DNA of 46,739 nucleotides, taken from IMG/VR virus record IMGVR_UViG_3300037882_001209, positions 1-46,739 of that record; one strand, 5' to 3'. The notes beneath the pieces were generated by a model, which worked only from the letters and a program-made list of their open reading frames with translations, did not search any database and had not been told where the DNA came from. Shown here piece by piece: positions 1-6,474 of the stretch. The position numbers and the translations under genes are program-made. The DNA comes from a virus (lineage: Duplodnaviria; Caudoviricetes). Each line of letters begins with the position of its first letter. Position 1 is the stretch's first letter.

Positions 1-13
1 CACCCGGATTGAC

Positions 14-280
14 GTGCCGTACGCCACCGAGAACGGCGACACGGAGCACGTAGAGCGCGTGTTCGTGGCGGATCGCCCGGCCGGCACGCACCGGACGTTC
101 CCGACGTTCAAGGCCGCGCAGGACTACCTCGTGAAGGTACCGCGCTGGTCTGTGCGTACCGGCGAAGGGGACTACCACCTTTCCGGGCGTATGTGCCGCC
201 CCGGTTGCGGTTCCTGGTTCTGGGCTCGTAGCGAAGCCGAGCGGGTACTGTCCCGGTACCTGGAACGCAACCCGGAATAA
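14..280 (+). CDS. hypothetical protein, GC-rich, possibly 5'-partial
   Basis: 88-aa ORF; frame is open back to the window edge; much higher GC than the bulk of the window. Confidence 0.5.
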   Translation: MPYATENGDTEHVERVFVADRPAGTHRTFPTFKAAQDYLVKVPRWSVRTGEGDYHLSGRMCRPGCGSWFWARSEAERVLSRYLERNPE

Positions 281-297
281 AGGGGTTTCGTGACAGC

Positions 298-519
298 ATG
301 CTTAGCTGTCCTTTGGCGGAATACCTAGTACTATGCGGATACAAGAATCCAAGAGTGGAGAGGGCCGCCGTTAGTGTGCAGGCTTCTGGTCTAGAGACAA
401 CAATGTCTTCAACGGTGTGGGTAACGCCGACCAGAGCGCAGCAGGCGTTTATTAGACGCTTTGATAAGTCCGAGTACCCAGCGTTGATCCGGCCCAAACC
501 TACAGAGGAGGGAGAGTAA
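298..519 (+). CDS. N-terminally truncated paralog of 519..860
   Basis: Shares SCPLAxYLxxCGY and PTxAQxAFIRRFDKxxYPxL with the next ORF; similarity continues in frame upstream to about 274 (GIKG vs EVKG). Confidence 0.6.
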   Translation: MLSCPLAEYLVLCGYKNPRVERAAVSVQASGLETTMSSTVWVTPTRAQQAFIRRFDKSEYPALIRPKPTEEGE

Positions 520-860
520 TGGATACCACTAAGCAGGCAGAGAAGCGATTGCGCGAGTTTTTGCGCGATTTGGGCCCCACGGCAGATAGTATCGCAGCAA
601 AGCTGCGCACTCTGGAGGTGAAGGGCTGGTTAAGCGACCCGTTTAGCTGTCCGTTGGCGGCTTACCTGGAGCGTTGTGGCTACGAACGCCCATCCGTAAC
701 CCCACGCTGCGGAATTACTGTGTCAGTGCCTACATCGGTGGAGGGAATCACCCAGGCAGTAACGGTGGGCCCTACAAGCGCTCAAAAAGCGTTCATACGA
801 CGCTTCGATAAGGGTAGGTATCCAGACTTGGAAAAGGAGCCTGAAGATGCTGTCTACTAA
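519..860 (+). CDS. hypothetical protein (full-length member of tandem paralog pair)
   Basis: Strong RBS (GAGGAGGGAGAG), TAATG coupling, paralogy with upstream ORF. Confidence 0.8.
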   Translation: MDTTKQAEKRLREFLRDLGPTADSIAAKLRTLEVKGWLSDPFSCPLAAYLERCGYERPSVTPRCGITVSVPTSVEGITQAVTVGPTSAQKAFIRRFDKGRYPDLEKEPEDAVY

Positions 861-1041
861 GCAGAACAAGCGCCTCCAGCGAAGTAACGTGCGGCGAGTG
901 GCTAAGCGGTTGCGTCGGCTGGCACGTAAGGCAGCATGGGCGGCTGCTGGGTACTCCAATGTAGGCTACGAGTACAGTCGGCAGGCACGTGGGTTGCCAC
1001 TCGTTAATCCTATCTATGGGGGCAGCGGTGGCTCCAAGTAG
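847..1041 (+). CDS. small basic hypothetical protein
   Basis: AAGGAG upstream, Arg/Lys-rich 64 aa, overlaps previous stop. Confidence 0.6.
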   Translation: MLSTKQNKRLQRSNVRRVAKRLRRLARKAAWAAAGYSNVGYEYSRQARGLPLVNPIYGGSGGSK

Positions 1042-1270
1042 CACCAGAGTATTCAAGGTATGGAACAACAAGACTAAGAAGTGGGAAGAGATTCCCTTCG
1101 CGAAGTTGACCGCGGGTGTACGGTTCGTAGTATACGATAACGGGCGGCTGCGACCCCACAGAGGTACTGACCACGTGTGGGTAGCCACTAGTGATCCATA
1201 CACAGATGCACTAGGACGTGACTGTATCGTGGCAGAGCAAGTCCACGGTATTGTCACCAAGGAGCCTTAG
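1028..1270 (+). CDS. hypothetical protein
   Basis: ORF 989..1270; GTG at 1028 chosen as the more likely start (short overlap with previous gene). Confidence 0.6.
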   Translation: MAPSSTRVFKVWNNKTKKWEEIPFAKLTAGVRFVVYDNGRLRPHRGTDHVWVATSDPYTDALGRDCIVAEQVHGIVTKEP

Positions 1271-1296
1271 AGAACTGCTGGGCCTACCCAGCAACT

Positions 1297-1368
1297 GCAC
1301 CGTTAGCTTAATGGCTAAAGCAGGGGCCTCTTAAGCCTTTGATAGGGGTTCGACTCCCTTACGGTGCA
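1297..1368 (+). tRNA. tRNA-Lys(CTT), no encoded CCA
   Basis: Acceptor GCACCGT/ACGGTGC, D-stem GCTT/AAGC, anticodon loop CT-CTT-AA (1330-1332), T-loop TTCGACT. Confidence 0.9.
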
Positions 1369-1372
1369 TTCT

Positions 1373-1444
1373 GTGCCTAGGTAGGGCAGGTGCTCTAGCG
1401 GATCTTATGAATCTGTAAAGCCAGTTCGACTCTGGATAGGCATA
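1373..1444 (+). tRNA. atypical tRNA-Ile(TAT) or tRNA-like RNA
   Basis: Acceptor GTGCCTA/TAGGCAT, anticodon stem CGGAT/ATCTG with loop CT-TAT-GA, T-arm CCAG-TTCGACT-CTGG; lacks U8/A14. Confidence 0.7.
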
Positions 1445-1449
1445 CTAAC

Positions 1450-1520
1450 TGGGGATTCGTCTAATGGTAGGACAGCAGGTTTTGGCCCTGCATATAGAGG
1501 TTCGAATCCTTTATCCCCAA
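1450..1520 (+). tRNA. tRNA-Gln(TTG), no encoded CCA
   Basis: Acceptor TGGGGAT/ATCCCCA, anticodon stem GCAGG/CCTGC, anticodon TTG at 1482-1484, GGTTCGAATCC. Confidence 0.92.
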
Positions 1521-1546
1521 TTGTTCATTGTGCATAGGGAGTAACA

Positions 1547-1903
1547 ATGAATCCAACGTCTCGACCGCACGGACCCTACTCTAGTCCGCATACCTGGACC
1601 GATGTAGCGGGGAAGATCTGGAAGATCGAAGACCTATCAGACGAGCATCTACTCAACATCCTGCGGCTGATTCTGCGATCTCCTGTGGAGAGCGTACGTG
1701 CAATTCTGCGTAAACGTGTGAGGTGGCTTAGGATGCGCGCTAGGTGTGACGGTGATAGTGATGAACCTTGGAGTTCTGTCTTCGCTATTCAAGCAGAGGC
1801 TCTAGCAGAGTTGGCCATGTATGGCACGGACGAGGAGGTACTGACACACTTTGTACCACAGTTGCCTGCGTTACTGTGGGAAAAAACGCGCCGGATGCTG
1901 TAA
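1547..1903 (+). CDS. hypothetical protein within the tRNA cluster
   Basis: AGGGAG RBS, 118 aa; WTD..G..WKIEDLSDEHLLNIL segment. Confidence 0.75.
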   Translation: MNPTSRPHGPYSSPHTWTDVAGKIWKIEDLSDEHLLNILRLILRSPVESVRAILRKRVRWLRMRARCDGDSDEPWSSVFAIQAEALAELAMYGTDEEVLTHFVPQLPALLWEKTRRML

Positions 1904-1916
1904 GCAGTGTCGATTA

Positions 1917-2000
1917 GCGCAAGTGGTTGGAACGGTAGACACGGGTGGCTCAAAATCACCTGCCCTTTAGGGCGTGCGGGTTCGAATCCCGCCTTGCGCA
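1917..2000 (+). tRNA. tRNA-Leu(CAA), long variable arm, no encoded CCA
   Basis: Acceptor GCGCAAG/CTTGCGC, anticodon CAA at 1951-1953, V-arm GCCC-TTTA-GGGC, GGTTCGAATCC. Confidence 0.93.
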
Positions 2001-2013
2001 TTACTAGTGCACG

Positions 2014-2114
2014 TTGCTTAGCGTGCAGGGCATAACTGGGGCGGTGACTCGTCCCCAGAACGCGATCCGCCGTAACGAGTCCTCTTGAGTAGGGGTTGCA
2101 CCCTGCAGCGGCAA
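2014..2114 (+). ncRNA. candidate structured ncRNA downstream of tRNA-Leu
   Basis: Closing stem TGCAGGG(2024-2030)/CCCTGCA(2101-2107), internal CTGGGG/CCCCAG stem and further alternative pairings in an ORF-free gap. Confidence 0.5.
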
Positions 2115-2138
2115 ATTTTAAGTTAGTGAGGTAATAGG

Positions 2139-2405
2139 ATGTCGCTAAAGCTACTGTTTTTTACCCAGCCTAACTGTGCGCCATGCATCCCCTTGTATAT
2201 GCGGGTGATTTCAGATCGCCCACATTGGGATAAGCGCTGCGACCTGGAGAAGATCAATATCTTCACGGCGGCAACTGCCCTAAAGCATAACATTAAGTCT
2301 ACCCCCTATGTTCTGTTGGTAGACGCTGGGACTTCCGCGTGTCTGGGGCTTGCGCAAAATGTGCGCGAATGGCAAATGCTGCTAGCTGCTATCTGTGAGG
2401 CTTAG
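2139..2405 (+). CDS. thioredoxin/glutaredoxin-like protein
   Basis: FFTQPNCAPC (CxxC) and IKSTP cis-Pro motif; GAGG RBS. Confidence 0.8.
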   Translation: MSLKLLFFTQPNCAPCIPLYMRVISDRPHWDKRCDLEKINIFTAATALKHNIKSTPYVLLVDAGTSACLGLAQNVREWQMLLAAICEA

Positions 2406-2407
2406 CT

Positions 2408-2602
2408 GTGACAGTGGAAGAGGAAGAGAAGTGGCTAAAGTATTTCGTAGATAGACAGCTAGCTCTAAATCCTAGCCCAGCATTCGGCAATGTGTTTATG
2501 TGTGTCTCTTGTGGAGCACTAGTGTTTAATCCTCAAGTCCATGCCAAGTGGCATGTGTCGCAAATGCGAACAGCGCAGGCTGCTTCGTTTTCATGGAGAT
2601 AA
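2408..2602 (+). CDS. small Zn-finger-like protein
   Basis: CVSCGALV...HAKWH (CxxC/HxxxH). Confidence 0.6.
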   Translation: MTVEEEEKWLKYFVDRQLALNPSPAFGNVFMCVSCGALVFNPQVHAKWHVSQMRTAQAASFSWR

Positions 2603-2603
2603 C

Positions 2604-2705
2604 ATGACTATCTGGCTGCTGGACCACAGGGAGGTAGTAGTAGCAGGCTGCCTATGCGTAGCGCTGCTATTGGCGCTGTTACACAAGCTATGGGCGCCAC
2701 GGTGA
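2604..2705 (+). CDS. small membrane peptide (33 aa, not in the ORF track)
   Basis: GGAG RBS, MTIWLLDHREVVVAGCLCVALLLALLHKLWAPR*, stop overlaps next GTG (GTGA). Confidence 0.55.
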   Translation: MTIWLLDHREVVVAGCLCVALLLALLHKLWAPR

Positions 2706-3007
2706 ACCGCGCATGGACCGCGCTGGTATGTGCTGGAATGCTAGACGGGCTATGGGTAGGCATTCTAGCAAAGTACGGCACAGGTTGGGCTGTGGTCCCA
2801 GCTTCACTGATTATGCTAGTGGAGTTCGCGCTGTTCAACTACGTGTTGCGTAGTATTTCGATCACCACAGCCTACGCTGTGTGGGTTGGCCTAGGCTCTC
2901 TTAGTGTAGTAGCCGCTGGGTTGTGGCTCGGAGATACGTTGTCCGCAGCCAAGTTCGCATGTATCGTGCTTATCATTCTCGCCACCCTAGGACTAAAGGT
3001 CCTATAG
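2702..3007 (+). CDS. SMR (EmrE/SugE-Gdx/QacE) family small multidrug transporter
   Basis: Four hydrophobic segments, AW..L..AG.L[D]..W in TM1, TAYAVWVGLG signature, C-terminal GLK; start GTG 2702 via GTGA coupling. Confidence 0.85.
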   Translation: MNRAWTALVCAGMLDGLWVGILAKYGTGWAVVPASLIMLVEFALFNYVLRSISITTAYAVWVGLGSLSVVAAGLWLGDTLSAAKFACIVLIILATLGLKVL

Positions 3008-3015
3008 GAGCTACC

Positions 3016-3402
3016 ATGCTTGAAGTAACTGCGATGACTGCGCTTTTCTATGGACTGGCTGCGGGTGCCGTTATTAGTGTAGTGGCTGCATCTGGCTGGA
3101 TTCTAGTAGCGTTTGCGCTGGTGTTTGAATATCTACAGGTACGTAAGGTGCGGCCGTTGGAGCTACAGAATATGCTGATCCGGGAGAGGTTGCGGGCGTT
3201 GCACAGCGCTGTCGCGGCAGACGAGCAGGTGACTCGTAAACGGTCTAGAGAGCATGCCGACGACGGACGGCCCCGGCTGTGTCTGGCGCCCCGTATGGAG
3301 GATGTGAGCAGTAGTCGAGCAAACACTCTACCGACGGTAGACTTTGCTGCCGAGCTGAACGACGATTCAAACGAAGGCTGTATCGTTCACACTACTGGGT
3401 AG
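3016..3402 (+). CDS. membrane-anchored hypothetical protein
   Basis: AGGAG RBS before ATG 3016; hydrophobic N-terminal about 40 aa. Confidence 0.65.
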   Translation: MLEVTAMTALFYGLAAGAVISVVAASGWILVAFALVFEYLQVRKVRPLELQNMLIRERLRALHSAVAADEQVTRKRSREHADDGRPRLCLAPRMEDVSSSRANTLPTVDFAAELNDDSNEGCIVHTTG

Positions 3403-3412
3403 GGGCGCTGAC

Positions 3413-3610
3413 ATGTACTGGCTAGTAACCATCCAATATCATACACCGCGTAACGCTAGCCCTGTAGTCTACAACATGGTGACGCACGACCATCCAGCGG
3501 TACTCTTACGACGTCTCATGGATAACTGGCCCAGCCTATCGTATAGGCTGATGTTCTACGCGGAGCTTACAGAAGAGCAGTTCAAGCTACTTGACGGGGT
3601 AGTGGGCTGA
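3413..3610 (+). CDS. hypothetical protein
   Basis: AGGGG RBS, 65 aa in operon order. Confidence 0.65.
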   Translation: MYWLVTIQYHTPRNASPVVYNMVTHDHPAVLLRRLMDNWPSLSYRLMFYAELTEEQFKLLDGVVG

Positions 3611-3636
3611 CACTAATCACTGGTTATGGAGCTAAT

Positions 3637-4027
3637 ATGCTGTCGGTGTCTCTAGTATAAGCGTGCTAAGGCTGTGGCTCTGGGCAACGACCCGGATAAC
3701 AGACGAAGAGTGTTCCATCTTGCGGCAATTCTAATGCGCGGAAAAACGGTAGTAGCTATCAGAGCTAACACCAGAGAGAGGCAGTCAAGGGTCCCGCACA
3801 TCAAGAGTAGTGGCCAGGTTTGTTGTAGTCTACATGCAGAACAGCACGCGCTTTTGCAGGCACGTGCAGGAGATAAAATCTATGTCATACGTTTTCGCAA
3901 AGATGGGTCTGTGGGTTGCGCTCGTCCGTGCGTGGTTTGCGCCGCTGCCTGCGCGCGGGCTGGTATCGCCAAAGTCTATTTCACCAACGAATACGGCGAG
4001 TGGCAGTGGTACCGACCCTGGCGCTAA
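3637..4027 (+). CDS. Zn-dependent cytidine/dCMP deaminase-like protein, 5' end frameshifted by one base
   Basis: HAE and PCVVC zinc motifs in ORF 3674..4027; the RBS-preceded ATG at 3637 is one base out of frame with it. Confidence 0.8.
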
Positions 4028-4028
4028 G

Positions 4029-4358
4029 GTGCATTACACACTTGATCCTGTGGTATACGATGCAGCGATCCGAGGACTAAACATCCTGATTAACTCCATC
4101 GGTAGGCGTGGAATTACCATCGCAATTGCATTCTTCATCGCAGGTATGGAACTGCTGGTGCAAATTGGCAAGCGTGCCAACCTCTCTAAGCAAGAGGTAG
4201 AGAACCTAGTGGAAGATGTTGTTATCCGTGCCGCAGATGTAGTGTGGGACGGCTACGATAGCATCGATCCATACCCGACGGATGCGCAACTAGCCTCGCT
4301 AAATCGCGCAGACCCAGATTCTGATCTGGACACTGACGAAGACGAGTACGAGAACTAG
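4029..4358 (+). CDS. hypothetical protein with acidic tail
   Basis: 3' part of ORF 3810..4358 that does not overlap the deaminase; GTG at 4029. Confidence 0.6.
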   Translation: MHYTLDPVVYDAAIRGLNILINSIGRRGITIAIAFFIAGMELLVQIGKRANLSKQEVENLVEDVVIRAADVVWDGYDSIDPYPTDAQLASLNRADPDSDLDTDEDEYEN

Positions 4359-4359
4359 G

Positions 4360-4656
4360 ATGCGCTGGCTAGCAAGTATTCTGGGTCTAGATAAGAAGCC
4401 CCCGAAGTTCACACCACAGGAGGAAATTACAGCGCTGGCCGTGCAAGAATCCCAGTACGTAGCGGCTACCTTGGTAAGTGCTTCGCACTGGACAAAGCTG
4501 ATAGTAGTGAACGATATCGAAATCCGCCGCGAGAACCGTATCTGGCGGATTAATCTAGTAGGCTCGTCACGGGTGTCCTTTTACGAGACACGCTATGACG
4601 TGATTGAAGTAATCAAGGCGTCATTTCGACGCGCGGAAAAGTCGAGTGTCCATTAA
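4360..4656 (+). CDS. hypothetical protein
   Basis: 98 aa, tightly packed operon. Confidence 0.65.
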   Translation: MRWLASILGLDKKPPKFTPQEEITALAVQESQYVAATLVSASHWTKLIVVNDIEIRRENRIWRINLVGSSRVSFYETRYDVIEVIKASFRRAEKSSVH

Positions 4657-5053
4657 CCCAACCCAGAACCCAAAGTTGAGTTTTCTAAAGACAGTACAAG
4701 AGCGGGGGGCTCTTGGAGCGAAGATTGAAGAGGTGCTAGCTAGCGGATTCCCCCCATCCGCAGTCTATCCTGCCTATTGGTATAGCACATCGCCTGGGTC
4801 TAGACTGGCTTTCCAGTTGGGCTGCCGTGTGGTGTTTTCGCGTAAAGAGATGACTATTGTACTAGAGCCCCTCTCTGCGGAAGAGAAGTCTCTCCAGGAA
4901 GTTCGTTTTGATCGCGCTAAGCAACGAGCGCGCGATAGAACTTCGGCGCTATTAGAGTTTGTACGGCAAGTCGATCTTGATATTTCTATGGAGGACTCTA
5001 ATGTCGCAGCCCCAGACGATACAGGACCTAGAGAATCTGTGGAAGACGCTTAG
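4646..5053 (+). CDS. hypothetical protein
   Basis: 135 aa, overlaps neighbours in operon fashion. Confidence 0.6.
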   Translation: MSINPTQNPKLSFLKTVQERGALGAKIEEVLASGFPPSAVYPAYWYSTSPGSRLAFQLGCRVVFSRKEMTIVLEPLSAEEKSLQEVRFDRAKQRARDRTSALLEFVRQVDLDISMEDSNVAAPDDTGPRESVEDA

Positions 5054-5516
5054 GGATGATCCTGCAGCTAGACAAGCTTTCTGGGAGGCAAGCGACGTGC
5101 CAGACCGAGTATGGCTGCTAGCACGTAAGAAGCCGCGGGAGGGCATCCTGTTTACGGCTTTTATGTTAGCCGACCAGCAGCCCGCCCTAGAAGAAGACCG
5201 GCCTTGGCAAGTTTCAACGGTCATTGAATACGGTCTGGATGCTGGGGTTGATAGCGCCGCATTAAAGTATAATGCGCTTGAGGTGCGCAGGCTAGACAAC
5301 CTAGCTGCCCAGTTGTGGCCAGACAAACAGTATGCCGCCATTGCAGCTTATGCGGAAGCGCTGGCATATTTTAACTGTATTCGTTGCACGGCTGGATGGT
5401 ACCCTTCCTTTGCGCATAAGCTGCGGTTTTGTTTGCGGCTGGAACCTAAGCCGTTCAGTCTAGAGCAGACAACTAAGAAGCTGCCTTTGTGTGTTGAGGA
5501 GGCGCTGTGGACGTAG
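5001..5516 (+). CDS. hypothetical protein
   Basis: GGAGG RBS before ATG 5001 (MSQPQTIQ). Confidence 0.7.
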   Translation: MSQPQTIQDLENLWKTLRDDPAARQAFWEASDVPDRVWLLARKKPREGILFTAFMLADQQPALEEDRPWQVSTVIEYGLDAGVDSAALKYNALEVRRLDNLAAQLWPDKQYAAIAAYAEALAYFNCIRCTAGWYPSFAHKLRFCLRLEPKPFSLEQTTKKLPLCVEEALWT

Positions 5517-5764
5517 GATACCTAAGCGCAGTTAAAACTGCCTTCGAAAATACACGGGAAGTTGCTGATACGCTAGGAGCTGCTAGAGTCCAGCTACGGC
5601 TTTTGCTAGACAAACCAAAGAAGACCGTAGAAGAGATCTACCAGCTTGAAAAGCTAGCTAACACTGTGCAGATCCTTACCATTGCGATCATCCAGCTAGC
5701 AACATTTGAACAGGCTTACTTAGCAGCTACCGCTAAGACTTGGAGTCCTTATGGAAAAGGTTGA
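5507..5764 (+). CDS. hypothetical helical protein
   Basis: GAGGAGG RBS before GTG 5507. Confidence 0.7.
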   Translation: MDVGYLSAVKTAFENTREVADTLGAARVQLRLLLDKPKKTVEEIYQLEKLANTVQILTIAIIQLATFEQAYLAATAKTWSPYGKG

Positions 5765-6473
5765 AAAAGAGCTGCCGCCCGTTCGTCCGCCGGAATCTAG
5801 GCTATTCGGGCCTAGTACTCCATACCCCATGTTGCGGGTAAATCTAGAGATCCATATGGAGGAGTTCGTGGCGTGGATCCTAGACCAGGGACGCACGCGA
5901 ATCACGGCTCTACAGTACAGTAATTTGGTATCCTCCATGTTGCGACATGGGGATATCCGCGAAGACGACATTTTCTCGGACGTACTCACCCGGTATGTGG
6001 TTAGTACGCATAAGCAGCGTGTTAGTGCCCGAAAGTTCTATCTGCGCTTCCTAGGCTTCGAGATGCCTAACGAGACTGCTGGGCAGCGGCTAAACGCTCC
6101 GATGCCGCAGCTTAAGGCACGTGTTACGCGATTGGCCCGAATCATCAAGGTAGCACTAGTACAGATGGTGGATGCGAAGCATGCTGGGGCTGTTACTCCG
6201 TCGCTAGACGAGTTGTACTTGGAGGCAGAAGCTTCCTACGAAGAGTTGCAAGCCAAGCGGCAAGCTGCGTCCGGACGATTGATCCTGAACGGAGCAGAGC
6301 CTGTCGACTTTATGCAGACTGCGAATGCGCAAGCTGCGGATAATAGACCGATGCTGGCTACTGTGCAGCCTACCAAGGGAGCTACGCTAAAGCCTGTGGT
6401 GGTCGAGGATCCAGACACTGACGAAGAGCTAGCAGAACTATTGCGAGGTCTAAAGAACATCGCAGAGGAATGA
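5751..6473 (+). CDS. protein with integrase core-binding (SAM-like) domain, no catalytic domain
   Basis: EEFVAWILDQGRTRITALQY...STHKQRVSARKFYLRFLG fits the tyrosine-recombinase core-binding pattern; no HxxR or catalytic Tyr motif downstream. Confidence 0.55.
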   Translation: MEKVEKELPPVRPPESRLFGPSTPYPMLRVNLEIHMEEFVAWILDQGRTRITALQYSNLVSSMLRHGDIREDDIFSDVLTRYVVSTHKQRVSARKFYLRFLGFEMPNETAGQRLNAPMPQLKARVTRLARIIKVALVQMVDAKHAGAVTPSLDELYLEAEASYEELQAKRQAASGRLILNGAEPVDFMQTANAQAADNRPMLATVQPTKGATLKPVVVEDPDTDEELAELLRGLKNIAEE

Positions 6474-6474
6474 C

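Noticed and set aside
2036-2081. HDV-like theta ribozyme after tRNA-Leu
   Set aside because: The crossed pairing is suggestive, but it does not abut the tRNA 3' end and lacks the UCC-rich L3, the GG for P1.1 and a clear catalytic J4/2; kept only as an unassigned RNA.
5751-6473. Functional integrase/lysogeny module
   Set aside because: No catalytic tyrosine-recombinase motifs, and no recognisable repressor or att site.
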